A DNA stretch of 64,000 nucleotides from Eledone cirrhosa (Eukaryota), in contig OZ024741.1 of NCBI GenBank assembly GCA_964016885.1, forward strand, positions 132,246,001-132,310,000, given 5' to 3'. Below are positions 28,147 to 42,670 of this stretch, piece after piece. A program made the translations under genes and the position numbers. The notes under the pieces are model-generated. The model searched no databases, was not told where the DNA came from, and saw only the letters and a list, made by a program, of their open reading frames with translations. Position 1 is the first letter of the stretch. Every line of letters begins with the position of its first letter.

Positions 28147-28778
28147 AGCTGATTGGACGAGAGCAAGGTGAGCTCTGTAGCTGATTGGACGATAGCAAGG
28201 TGATCTCTGTAGCTGATTGGACTAGAGCAAGGTGAGCTCTGTAGCTGATTGGACGAGAGCAAGGTGAGCTCTGACTAGAGCAAGGTGAGCTCTGACTAGA
28301 GTAAGGTGAGCTATGACTAGAGTAAGGTGAGCTCTGACTAGAGTAAGGTGAGCTCTGACTAGAGTAAGGTGAGCTTTGACTAGAGCAGGGTGAGCTCTGA
28401 CTAGAGTAAGGTGAGCTCTGACTAGAGTAAGGTGAGCTATGACTAGAGTAAGGTGAGCTCTGACTAGAGTAAGGTGAGCTCTGACTAGAGTAAGGTGAGC
28501 TCTGACTAGAGTAAGGTGAGCTCTGACTAGAGTAAGGTGAGCTATGACTAGAGTAAGGTGAGCTCTGACTAGAGTAAGGTGAGCTCTGACTAGAGTAAGG
28601 TGAGCTATGACTAGAGTAAGGTGAGCTCTGACTAGAGTAAGGTGAGCTTTGACTAGAGCATGGTGAGCTCTGACTAGAGTAAGGTGAGCTCTGACTAGAG
28701 TAAGGTGAGCTCTGACTAGAGTAAGGTGAGCTCTGACTAGAGTAAGGTGAGCTCTGACTAGAGTAAGGTGAGCTCTGA
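28147..28778. repeat. Minisatellite: about 4 x 32-bp units followed by about 24 x 21-bp units (gactagagtaaggtgagctct)
   Basis: Directly visible tandem array without spacers. Confidence 0.95.
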
Positions 28779-28883
28779 ATTACGGTGTGAAACCAGAGGG
28801 AATGAGGAGAAGAGGATAGAGAGAAAGTGGGGAAAGAAAGAAGAGAGAGTTAGAGAGAGCCAGGCAGAGACAGAGAGAGAGAG

Positions 28884-29056
<173 letters not shown>

Positions 29057-29287
29057 TAGCGACACAGAAGAACTACAATAGTCCTAAATCGGTACTTTAT
29101 TTATCGACCGTGAATTGATGAAACGCAAAGTTGACGTCACTGCTTGGTTTGAATTGAGAGAGAAAAGAACTGGAAAATTTTTCGGAAAGCATTCTATCCA
29201 TCAGTTGAAACGACCCTTCATAATATATATATATATTAATTTGCATTGAGAAAGAGGTCATTTGATATAGTATCAAGGATTCCATTG

Positions 29288-29560
29288 TGAAGGCGCATTG
29301 CCTAATGGTTAGGATGTTTGACATAAGCTCATAATGTTGTCGGTTTTATTCCTGGACAAGGTGCCGCGTTTTGTTCTTGAACAAAACGCTTTATTTCATG
29401 TTGCTCCAATACACTCAGCTGAGATGAGTGAATACCAAGAGCAGCTGGGGAGTTAAACCTGCGATAGACAGGCGTTCTGTCCAGGGAGAGTCTTGTACTT
29501 TCAGTCGCTCAACGCCAAGGTAGTTAGAGATAAGCAGCGGCCTGATGAGACTTCGGCTTA
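29288..29560 (+). mobile_element. SINE family 2 (diverged, different 3' part)
   Basis: tgaaggcgcattgcctaatggttagg..ctttatttcatgttgctcca..cactcagctg. Confidence 0.72.
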
Positions 29561-29908
29561 GAAGAAACGTTAACTCAACAAGGATTCCATTAAACAATAA
29601 GTTACAACAAATCCATAGAAATTACATTTCCTGTCAATTCAGAAAGGCAGGAGTCGCTTTAGAAGTGATGGAAGAAAAAGAATCAGTATATTTGGGGGTG
29701 GTGTGCGGGGGAGGTGTAGTGAGATAGTGAGAGCTTATGTAAAAAAAAAAAATCAGCCGGATGGCCTCTTTCTAAAATTCTAATCTAGGATGTGATGATT
29801 CTATATGGAGAAGCAGCAATGTCCCAGTTACGCAAGCAGTAGCAGTACTTAATTTAGGTTGCACTGAATATGAGTAGTACACATGCATGCGCTCGCGCAT
29901 ACATATGT

Positions 29909-30102
<194 letters not shown>

Positions 30103-30106
30103 ACGC

Positions 30107-30155
<49 letters not shown>

Positions 30156-30156
30156 C

Positions 30157-30218
<62 letters not shown>

Positions 30219-30832
30219 GAGAAAAGTCAACAAGGAAATATAATACAGGAGAAAAAGACATTACAATGATGATATATTAGTTTATCATCACCTGATATAG
30301 TTGAGTGTCTTAACGTCTCGGACGCTAGTCTGTTTTTGAATAGCTATCTGCTTCTTTTTCTTCTGTTTTTATTGCAAAATAAAAAGGACAGGTTTTTCAT
30401 TATGAATGCAGAGATAAACAATAGAGTTTCTATAAATGTATGAATCAACAAATTTATACATGAAAGTACTTATTCAGTGCCCTAGAAAACAATATATATA
30501 TAGTTTCGTGGGTGTTTGTTTTCTAATTTCTGATTAGAACGCAGACAGGCACCTTTCATATATATAATAAGAGATGTGTGCATGTGTGTGTGAAATGTTA
30601 TAAAACTTCCGTAAAACTACCAAATTCTCAACAGGAGTTTCACGACATTCGATTAGTTCTTACTTTTCTAGCTTAGAAAATGAGCGCCACATTTGAAAAC
30701 ACAAGCTTCTCATGAAAAGGTGAGAAAGAAAGTGAAAACATATGTGAAGAAAGAGAGGTAATAAAATATGGTTATGAACTCTGATATTTCGGCTTTAAGA
30801 GCACTTTAGAATATACACAATTACACATAGTT

Positions 30833-30947
30833 TGGACTGGTCAAGAGTTCAGGTTGGGGTGGCGAAGAGGGGAACTATAATCTAGAATTTATCTCTAGTT
30901 TATATTTCTCCTCTTCACCACCCCCATCTGAACTCTTGACCAGTCCA
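30833..30947. repeat. Isolated inverted repeat (hairpin)
   Basis: tggactggtcaagagttcag..ggggtgg.gaagagg / cctcttcaccacccc..ctgaactcttgaccagtcca. Confidence 0.8.
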
Positions 30948-31426
30948 TTAACACAATTGAGATACACACACATATTTACAGAAAATATTCCTCCCCCTAC
31001 AAACAATTTGTTCTGTGTGAAAAAACACAACCAGCACCACTACTACCATGACTACACCTCTCTATATATACATGAGACTCCATTTTTCCAGTCTCCTTCT
31101 CAACAAGGAAGATGAAAAAAAACTTGCCTCAACACTTAATTTTAAATCTTTAATTTTTAATTTTTTTATTTTTAATTGTAATATTCAACATTTGATAAGA
31201 TGAATTTTACTAATACATCTAAACCGGTTATACTTTATCAATTTTATATGCATTATAAAACTCTTTTCTTCAAACTCATTTCTTCAAAAATATCACTTTG
31301 ACGAATCAAAGAAAGGAAAAAAAAGAAAACAGATCCTTAAATGTATTTTCCGTGCTATTTCCAATTGCACCTTCTCTCTCTCCCCCCCCCCTCTATCTCC
31401 CCTCTCCCCCCCCTCTCTCTCTCTCC

Positions 31427-31500
<74 letters not shown>

Positions 31501-31788
31501 ATATATATGAGTGTGTGTGTGTGTCTGTGTGTGTATGTATATATATATCTATATATCGAATGTATATATGTATACATTTTATTTTGTCTGACCTGTTTAG
31601 TTTGACTTGTTTTTTGGCTTAGGTGGTTAATGCCTTCTTGACTGCCTCTTCAGTTTGTATGGCGTTTATAACATATGTTTATAGCTCTGGTTTTTTAAAC
31701 TATGGAACGCTTGCCAGCATAACTCTGAATTTGCGTTACGTTTCGCTTTTTCTACCCGCCGAAATGCGATTCTCGCTGAATTTATATT

Positions 31789-31910
<122 letters not shown>

Positions 31911-32398
31911 GAATGTACGAACAACACCCAGATGTACATACAAATGCAGGTACAGACATTTAATTAAGCCTGAATACTGGACTTCAATGGAAAAAGTGGC
32001 CAATGATAATATTAAATATATGCGGAAGACAATGAATTGAGATTGTAAGTGGAAGATCATTGCAGGTCTAGGATTGTAAACAATATGAGAAATCAATACT
32101 ATTAATAGTTAATGTTAGTTGTGGAAGTGTACATAATATATATGGAAATGTAGTGAAAAACGTTAATACATGCTGGGTGATGTGTTTATTATCTTCGTAA
32201 ATAAAAGTGGTCAGCGTGAGTGTTTGTTGCAGTTTAACTTGGTGAAAACATGGTTATGTATGGTCGCCCGCAGAATTGGGAGAATCCTAGCCTACTGCGG
32301 TGTTATCCCAGTGTAGGCAGGAATTTCCATTGGTTCGAATTGAAGATATACACATACATACATACATACATACATACATACATACATACATACATACA

Positions 32399-32429
<31 letters not shown>

Positions 32430-32435
32430 GTATGC

Positions 32436-32473
<38 letters not shown>

Positions 32474-32475
<2 letters not shown>

Positions 32476-33085
32476 CATAAATCATGTCCTTAGAATCACT
32501 AGATAAAATATTAACCATATAAAAAATCAATTAGACCAAGCTATAAGAATAATGGCTCCTATGAAGAAATTTTCGACAAATAACCGAAAGCGACCTCTTC
32601 GCGGTGGCCCCAATAGAGTACTTATCCAACATTTCAACAGCATGTGGAAACTAACTAAATAACCGTCAACCATACACAATTAGGTGTAAATTCAAACTTA
32701 GAAGAAATGTGTACATACCGTAATTACATCTCTACCATGGTTTCGTCCGTATTTTTAGACATCCAATAGCAGAAAATGTCCAGAGTTTCGGACTCATCAG
32801 GAGCGAACTCTAAATTAGACATTTAATTTTCCAAAATGATCATACTCTATTGGGGCCACCGCGAAGAGGCCGTTTTCGGTTATTTGTCGAAAATTTCTTC
32901 ATAGGAGCTTTTATTCTTATAGCTTGGTCTAATTGATTTTTTATATGGTTAATTATGCTAATTGGGAGAAGAAATGGTATATATTTTATCTAGTGATTCT
33001 AAGGACATGATTTATGATATATTGCTCTGATAATTTAATTTATTAATTCTTCATTGAGCCACAACGTGACCGGTTACAAAACATA
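32474..33085. mobile_element. Fold-back element with an HHR in the unpaired centre
   Basis: 32474-32620 is inverted relative to 32843-33019, with an indel of about 30 bp. Confidence 0.85.
32730..32803 (-). ncRNA. Hammerhead ribozyme with extended stem II
   Basis: CTC-CTGATGA-GTCCG..TGGACATT/GATGTCTA..CGGAC-GAAA-C CATG G-TA-GAG. Confidence 0.8.
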
Positions 33086-33114
33086 TATATCTATGACTTT
33101 ATGTATATGTAAAC

Positions 33115-33188
<74 letters not shown>

Positions 33189-33231
33189 ATATGTATGTAT
33201 ATGTATATGTGTGCGTGTGTGTGTGTATAAT

Positions 33232-33912
33232 GTGGGTAATATTATATTAAATATTATCCAATTACTAGTATGAGAATAGCCCAATGTAAATAACAAGAAA
33301 TGCATTATAAATAACAATCAAATAGTGTTTAAAACATTTAATCACTTACGATCGTTTCATCCTAGAATAAGGCTAGATCATCGGAGTATATAATAAAGGT
33401 TAAAACGCATATATAATATCAGAAGTGTGTGGAGGATACATAATATGGGAAGTAAGCATAAGTATCAACATTTATGTAAGAAAAGATGGCAAAGACGGAA
33501 AAAGCATATGAAAAATATGAGCATATAAATACAATAAAATTAGGAGCAGTTAAAAGCATTAAACATTTTTTTTTTTTTTTTAACATTTAAAAACAAATTT
33601 TTTTAATTAAAAAGTTTTTTTTAAACTAAATTTTTTTAAATTTTTAATGCTTATAGCTGCTCCTAATTTTATTGCATTTATATGCTCATATTTTTCATGT
33701 TTCTTCCGCCTTTGCTATATTTTCTTATATAAATGTTGATACTTATGTCTACTTCCATATTATATATCCTCCTAAAGTTCTTATGACAAACTTCTGATAT
33801 TATATCTGCGTTGTAACCTTCATTATATACTCCGATGATTCCGGCCTTGTGCTAGGATGAAAAGATCGAGATTAAATATTTTAAACACCCTTTGATTGTT
33901 ATTTATAATGTG
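33232..33912. mobile_element. Older, diverged fold-back element
   Basis: 33303-33560 is inverted relative to 33645-33910 with many mismatches. Confidence 0.8.
33344..33387 (-). ncRNA. Hammerhead motif (core CCGATGA); decayed inverted partner at about 33829-33872
   Basis: ACT-CCGATGA-TCTAG..CTAGGAT-GAAA-C GATC G-TA-AGT. Confidence 0.6.
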
Positions 33913-33966
33913 TATATATATTTATACATATATATATATACACACACACACATATATATATATATA

Positions 33967-34479
33967 TGAAAATTAGAATTGGTGGTCTGAAATAGCGATA
34001 TATATATGAATGTATATATAGTGTGTTTTGCAATACACTGTATGCTTAATTAAAAGCATTTTGAAGACCTTACGCTATTGTTTTAAAGTACTATACCCTA
34101 AAGTCTTCAAAATGCTTTTAGTTAAGCATACAGTGTATTGCAAAATACACTATATATACATTCATATATATATCGCTATTTCAGAGCACCAATTCTAATT
34201 TTCAATTTTTGCTGGATCGGCAACCGCTCTGTATATTCAGTTCCTGAGTATTACTGGAATTCTATAAGAATCCAATATTCATAATTTTCAGCAAGCACGG
34301 GGAGTAGTAAGCTCTGAGGAGTACCATCAGTACGAAACAGAGATCTGTCAGCTTATCTCCCTTTGTTTGCTGAAAAAAAGAAGTAAGTGACATAGTCACT
34401 ACTTTAAACCAATAGCGTAAGGTTTTCAAAATGCTTTCAATTGAGCATACAGTGTATTGCAAAATACACTATATATACA

Positions 34480-34483
<4 letters not shown>
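33967..34483. mobile_element. Retrozyme-like element: antisense arm plus about 319-bp sense monomer with terminal redundancy
   Basis: ttcaaaatgcttt..gcatacagtgtattgcaaaatacactatatatacattca occurs at 34106 and 34425; one canonical HHR lies between. Confidence 0.88.
34285..34376 (+). ncRNA. Canonical type I hammerhead ribozyme with extended stem I
   Basis: Core 34308-34355: TAAGCT-CTGAGGA-GTAC CATCA GTAC-GAAA-CAG AGAT CTG-TC-AGCTTA. Stem I continues with GGGAG/CTCCC and TTTTCAGCAAGCA/TGTTTGCTGAAAA. Confidence 0.92.
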
Positions 34484-34547
<64 letters not shown>

Positions 34548-34694
34548 AAATAGGATTTCGCTTCAAGCATAACTTTATACAATATGTATAAAGATTTCGT
34601 ATCTCCAAAGAAATACAGTTTTAGGAAGCCGTAGCTATGCAAACACCGGGAGGCTAACGCCCTCTGGTGATGTCCAGCAGAAGCAAGGCGGACA

Positions 34695-34738
34695 ACCGTC
34701 TATGCATTTCAGGCTTAACTGGCCTTCGTCAGGACGGT
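34695..34738 (-). ncRNA. Hammerhead ribozyme (antisense arm, core CTGACGA)
   Basis: Inverted partner of 34975-35018. Confidence 0.87.
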
Positions 34739-34974
34739 CCCTCCCACCGCTTGCGACTGCTGGACTAGAAGACAGCCGAGAATATATACTTTTCTCGTCT
34801 GTGTAAATGAGGTGATTAATCTCATTTGCATATGAGATTAATCTTTTTTATTATAAGTTGAGCCAACTTATGCAGCTTCATATGAAAATGAAATTAATCA
34901 CCTCATTTACACAGACGAGAAAAGTATATATTCTCAGCTGTCTTCTAGTCCAGCAGTCGCAAGCGGTGGGAGGG

Positions 34975-35018
34975 ACCGTCCTGATGAAGGCCAGTTAAGC
35001 CTGAAATGCATAGACGGT
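34975..35018 (+). ncRNA. Hammerhead ribozyme (sense arm)
   Basis: ACCGTC-CTGATGA-AGGC CAGTTAA GCCT-GAAA-TGCA-TA-GACGGT. Confidence 0.88.
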
Positions 35019-35798
35019 TGTCCCCCTTGCTTCTGCTGGACATCACCACAGGGCGTTAGCCCCTCGGTGTTTGCATAGCTACGGCTTCCTAAAACTGTAT
35101 TTCTTTGGACATACGAAATATTTATACATAGATATATATATCATCCAGTGTTTATAGCATCAAAAGCAACTTATGTATTAAGAAACCAAAGGATGTCGTG
35201 GCACATTTGAAATTGTGTGTAATTCTCTGTATATCTTTCAGGGAATGAACCGCAAAAACTGAGTCATCAACGAAAAGAAGCACACGGATAAATATATTAA
35301 TGCCCTTTCTGGGGGATATTTGCCTAGATAGGTTTAACAGTTCACTCTGCTGCAGATATATACACCACCTGCGAACTCACCCGCCATATTTTCACTCACC
35401 ACATTCAGGAATAATAGAAGAAGCGTTGGAGCATTGACAACCGGAAAGGGCGCTTAACTCTCGCTTCTAAATAAGACCCTAACAAATACGCCAGAGTAGA
35501 AATGCCCGACTCTCTTCTCAAATTACTCCGGACATCTCTACCTAGATGAATAAATCCATCTGAAAGCGTTAGACACGTTTACGTCTATGAAACAAAGGAT
35601 AATGCAGAGATAAGTCAAACTGTAAACATAAATACTATATGAATGTGCGTGTGTGAGTGTGTGTGTTTGAGTGCATTTGTATGTTTCTACATATATATAT
35701 CATAATAATAAAAATAAATAAATAAAAATATATATTGGCAATATTATTACAACAACATGACCCTTCCCAAGTATGACAATATATATATATATATATAT

Positions 35799-35861
<63 letters not shown>

Positions 35862-35944
35862 GATGTAGGGTTGCAATTAAATGTATCTGTAGGCGGTATG
35901 CCATTTGAGCATTCGATGCTCGTGCAGAGCAGAGTATATTATTA

Positions 35945-36133
35945 TGGTGAATTGGCAGTATCGGTAGAGGGTTGGGCGCCATGCTTTCTAACATAGTTAC
36001 ATCCCTTTACAGTCTGAGTTCAAATGCCGCCGAGGTTAACTTTGCCTTTCATCCTTACGGGGTCGATAAAATAAAGTACCAGTAATGTACTGGGTATTTG
36101 CTGGCCTTGTGCCTAAAGTAGAAACAATTATTA
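35945..36133 (+). mobile_element. SINE family 1
   Basis: Full copy. Confidence 0.88.
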
Positions 36134-36406
36134 TAGATAACGAGGAATCAGTAATGCATCAAAACACAATTTATTAACATATTACATATGTTTTTCCGTC
36201 GATCGGCTCAAGGTAGGATCTGTTACAGATCGAACCCGACTCAGCATTCGCATGGAATGCTTTGAATACACAAGATGTGTTTGAGGAACTTGCGAATGCA
36301 GAGTCGGGTTCGATTTGTAACAGATCTTGCCTTGAGCTGATCGACGGAGAAACATATGTAATATGTTAATAAATTGTGTTTTGATGCATTACTAATTCCT
36401 CGTTAT

Positions 36407-36412
<6 letters not shown>
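36134..36412. mobile_element. Fold-back element with a hammerhead 3' half (GAAA-C ATAT G-TA)
   Basis: 36134-36252 is inverted relative to 36291-36412. Confidence 0.85.
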
Positions 36413-36471
<59 letters not shown>

Positions 36472-36540
36472 CATATACTGTACCGATTGTGTTGTTATTT
36501 CTGTTTACCTTTTACATATATATATATATATATATGTAAA

Positions 36541-36583
<43 letters not shown>

Positions 36584-37542
36584 TTGGAAAAAGGAAAAGG
36601 AAATGCTGACAAATTGTTCCCAGTGAAAAATAGTTTAATTAGGAATAAGTAAAAATTAGTAATAAGTATTGGTTAGTATTCAGTTTTGGTTTTAAGTTTT
36701 TACCGGTTGCGCACTTCTAATGCTTTTCAAAAATAAATTTGAGATAGAGCGTCCGTGATGTTTGCTCTAATCTGATTAGTTTTGGAAATTCTACCTGTTT
36801 TATGTGAAAAAAGTGGCTCCAGATGTATTAAAATAAGTTTCGCGCCAATTCGTGTTGCAAAAATTCTTGTGGTCAAAACAATTTTGATTGGTCGGTAGAG
36901 GTCATGTGAATGTTAAAAATTGATTTTGCGCCAAATGTAGGTTTGTCTCGGCTGAGTGAGAAGTCACTGAAAAATAAGTCTTTTAAGACAAATATGTGTG
37001 TGTGTGTGTGTGTAGTAGTAGTAGTAAAGAGGTTCATTGTTGTGATAATGGTCACTAGGGATATGTGTGTGAATTGCAGTCATGTTTTACTGAAAATATC
37101 GAATAATGTACACCATTTGTACCAGTATCACAAAAATACTGGTCCATGCACACACACACATACACACATACACACACATACACACACATATATACACACA
37201 CACACATACACACATACACACATACACACACATACACACACATATATACACACACACACATACACACGCGTACACTAACATACAAAGAGACATATACACA
37301 CACACACTTCTCCGTATAAGACAAGAGCTGAAAAATATCTTTTAACATGTTAAAATATCCCCCACACACGTACAGACACATTCCTACTGACCGATCCCTC
37401 TACCACGAATTACTCTGCTACACACACACACACACACACACACACTTGTCTTAATAGGCACCTTAACTGTTGACCTGTCAACATGACTGCAATTCACACA
37501 CATCCCTACTGACCATTATCACAACAATGAACCTCTTTACTA

Positions 37543-37586
<44 letters not shown>

Positions 37587-37793
37587 TTGTCTTAAAAGAC
37601 TTATTTTTCAGTGACTTCTTAGAAGTGCGCAACCGGTAAAAACTTAAAACCAAAACTGAATACTAACCAATACTTATTACTAATTTTTACTTATTCCTAA
37701 TTAAACTATTTTTCACTGGGAACAATTTGTCAGCATTTTCTTTTCCTTTTACCAATATATCATAACTCGTGTGTTACACCTCTATTCTTTTAA
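36584..37793. mobile_element. Fold-back element, same family as 40610-41427 and 48089-48517, with a CA-rich centre
   Basis: Shared aaaatgctgacaaattgttc..ttaccggttgcgca; the right arm has an internal deletion at about 37620. Confidence 0.8.
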
Positions 37794-37814
37794 ATATATA
37801 TATATACATATACA

Positions 37815-37898
<84 letters not shown>

Positions 37899-37986
37899 GG
37901 TAAGTTATTCCGGGTTGAATCGGAGGTAACCACGGTAAGTAAGGTACTCAATACATAGCAGAGTATAAAAGTTTTAATATAGATGA

Positions 37987-38085
37987 GATTCTACAGGACT
38001 AGAACTGTTTCATTCTTTAGAAATCATCAGAAATCTGATTCCTGATGATTACTCAAGAATGAAACAGTTCTAGTCCTGTAGAATC
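37987..38085. ncRNA. Head-to-head hammerhead pair (37987-38035 minus, 38037-38085 plus)
   Basis: GATTC-CTGATGA-T..T-GAAA-CAG TTCTAGTC CTG-TA-GAATC. Confidence 0.78.
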
Positions 38086-38098
38086 TCATCTATATTAA

Positions 38099-38136
<38 letters not shown>

Positions 38137-38267
38137 CGAAGGAAATGTGGTAAGGAACCAGGTGGACCATAACGCACCAAAGTACTCAATACTTAGGGTA
38201 GTAGAGTGGGTAATAGGAACGAGTAGGACCCCGACGGCTGAGCTCAAGCCGTCGGGGTCCTACTCGT

Positions 38268-38334
<67 letters not shown>

Positions 38335-39225
38335 ATAAAGGAGACAAAACAAATACAGGGATGAAAAAATAATTTATATTGGGTTCACGCTTGGAGGAAA
38401 TGGTATATAGATAACAAAGAGGGTGTGGTAAGATACCAGGTGGACCATAATGCACCACAGTACTCGATACTTGGGATAGTAGAGAGTAGAGTGGGTAATA
38501 TGTAAAGATTCAGGATCCCAACGGCTGAGCTTCGGCCGTTTCGACAGCTCAGCCGTTGGGGCCCTGAATCTTTTCATATATATATATATATGTGTGTGTG
38601 TGCGTGCGTGTGTGTATGTCTGTCTGTGTCTGCCGGTCTATCTGCATGTCTTACTGTCATTCTATAGTTGTCTATTTATATATATATTTCCCATTGAAGT
38701 CTCTTTAAGGTCATGCACTAGGATGTCTGCAGTCCAATGACTGAAACCAACAAAAGTAATATAAAATCATGTCTCGGTACAAACGAAACAAAACTTCAAT
38801 CCACACATAATGTGGAAAATGAGAATATTCATTTTAATAATGTCACTTACTTTTGCGTTACCAAATGGTTTTGTGGCTTCATCAAAAGGTCCACCGCCAC
38901 TAGCCGTCATGCGATCTAAAGAAGGTGCACTCAGGGTTCTCGCAGAGGAGCCATATGTGTGAGTGTGTTGTTGTTGTTTTTGTTTGTTTGTTTGTTTGTT
39001 TGTTTGTTTGTTTGTGCGTGCGTTCAACATGTGAACGATATAAACAACGTCAAGAAGCCCGAAAAACCGGTTATTCTGCTAACGAACTTTAGTGAATGAT
39101 ACATTCTTTCTAGGGATAGATATGTCTTTTAACTATTGCCTTCAAAATGGCAAAAGCATTGTATTACCAAATAGTTAAATAAATAAACAAACAAACAATA
39201 AATAATTAAATATATATATAGATAT

Positions 39226-39259
<34 letters not shown>

Positions 39260-39456
39260 GTTTACCCCCTTTTAATTTCAGTTTATTTTGATCATGCCTT
39301 TATTTTTAAATTTTCTCATTCCTTGTATTTTGATCATGCTTTATTTTTATTTTTTATCTTTATTTGTTTTTTTTTCATTCGCACCGTTTCCTTTCGCTAT
39401 ATGTCTCTCCACCACTCCCCTACACACCTTTTGAACTCTGTTCCCACACACTTCTC

Positions 39457-39488
39457 ACCTGAGGAAGGGCTTATGCCCGAAACGTCGT
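39457..39488 (+). ncRNA. Minimal hammerhead motif, weak stem I
   Basis: CTGAGGA-A-GGGC TTAT GCCC-GAAA-CG-TC, in an element at about 39260-39580 between (TA)n tracts. Confidence 0.6.
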
Positions 39489-39576
39489 CCCCCACCTACC
39501 CCCCACTCTCCTGAGCGTGAAATTAATAAACATTTATTGTACTGCCTCTCTGTTTTGTCCCTCTTCAAATTTTTCC

Positions 39577-39622
<46 letters not shown>

Positions 39623-39799
39623 GGGAAAAGTTTAACACCGACTACGGACCTCAAGCCGTTTCGACAGATATTTCTGGATATTTATAGTCCACAAATAGCC
39701 GTCGGGGTTAAACTTTTTCCTGTTACCCACTCTACTACCCTAAGTATTGAGTACTCTGGTGCGTTATGGTCTATCTGGTTCCTTACCAGACCTCTTTCG

Positions 39800-39855
<56 letters not shown>

Positions 39856-39969
39856 CCGATAAAAAAGAGTACGCAATACCGAAGTAGAATTTAAATATCA
39901 ATTTTATTAAGGCTACATAGGGAGTCTAGTTACTCTGGAGTTTCGCCTGTATATATATACATGTGTGTG

Positions 39970-40015
<46 letters not shown>

Positions 40016-40069
40016 TATATAGATAGATAAATATACACGGGTGTGTATGATTGTGTATAGAAGATTATA

Positions 40070-40374
40070 TTAATAAAAGGAATTCCAACTTTGTCTGATT
40101 TACTCGTCTTATTTACATAGAATGAAATAGTATGGTAGAATATTAAATGTTAAGTGTTAATTGAACAAGTACTTTCATGCTTTCGCAATCTTCAGGTTCA
40201 TAATGTGTGGTGACATTATGAACCTGAAGATTGCAAAAGCATGAAAGTACTTGTTCAATTAAGACTTAACATTTAATATTCTACCATACTATTTCATTCT
40301 TATACCATTATAAATTTTAAAGGATTGTAAATAAAACGAGTAAATCAGACAAAGTTGGAATTCCCTTTATTAAT
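40070..40374. mobile_element. Fold-back element, HHR in each arm
   Basis: 40070-40206 is inverted relative to 40213-40374. Confidence 0.88.
40162..40257. ncRNA. Head-to-head hammerhead pair (40162-40200 minus, 40219-40257 plus)
   Basis: TGAAC-CTGAAGA-T TGC (G/A)AAA GCA T-GAAA-GTAC-TT-GTTCA. Confidence 0.85.
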
Positions 40375-40395
40375 ATATATACATATATATATACA

Positions 40396-41477
<1,082 letters not shown>

Positions 41478-41692
41478 CTTCCTATCTTTCCGTTGCTATA
41501 CCTTATATGTTTGTTTACTTGTCTCGCTCGCTTTACGCGATTTACTTGTCCCAATAGCTTTATTTAGTTATTGCTCACACCAACTGGAGGTATATGATTT
41601 TTAAAGCGATGAAATACCAATGAAGGTTGGAAAATCACTGATGAAGGACTATTTTTTTCATATGTAACCCATGTGCACTCAGTTCTTCTCAT

Positions 41693-41762
<70 letters not shown>

Positions 41763-41959
41763 CGAAGGAAATGTGGTAAGGAACCAGGTGGACCATAACG
41801 CACCAAAGTACTCAATACTTGGGGTAGTAGAGTGGGTAATAGGAACCAGTAAGACCCCGACAGCTGAGCTCAAGCCGTTTCGACGGCTAATTCTGGACTC
41901 AAGAGTCCAGAATTAGCCGTCGAAACGGCTTGAGCTCAGCTGTCGGGGTCTTACTGGTT

Positions 41960-42099
<140 letters not shown>

Positions 42100-42326
42100 G
42101 AGAGTAGGAAAATGTGAAGTAGTTGCAGATGTTAAAGAACTTTATTGATAAGGACTTTACAATCTGCAACTTCTTCACATTTTCCTATTCTAAATATACT
42201 CCGTCATACCTATATGTAGTAAGTACGTAGAGTGCTTGAATTGGATTGCATCAATATTTACTGTAAATAAATATTTTTGTTATTTCTGTTTACCCTTTAC
42301 ACACACGCACACACACACATATATGT

Positions 42327-42614
42327 ATATATATTTCTTTAAATAAAAAATATATTTCACCAATTAATCCGTAAATCACAGCAGTCAAATCCTGGATGGT
42401 CACCAAAGGAGAAGATCCAACCATCTGTGTTTACACAGCAAATGCATATCTGTGAATGACTCGAACCACGTGTTGCATTTTATAAAAAATACAGACATCG
42501 CACCGCGTCATCCCAGTGGATGTATATAGGTACCTTTTAAAATGATTAATCTCCTTTGTATATATTTCTTTAAATAAAAAATATATTTCACCAATTAATC
42601 CGTAAATCACAGTG

Positions 42615-42670
<56 letters not shown>

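Larger units (their letters stand above)
34545..35130. mobile_element. Fold-back element (arms about 240 bp), HHR in each arm
   Basis: About 34583-34820 is inverted relative to 34894-35130. Confidence 0.9.

Noticed and set aside
28147-28778. CRISPR-like array
   Set aside because: Units are contiguous with no unique spacers, there are no cas genes, and the context is eukaryotic.
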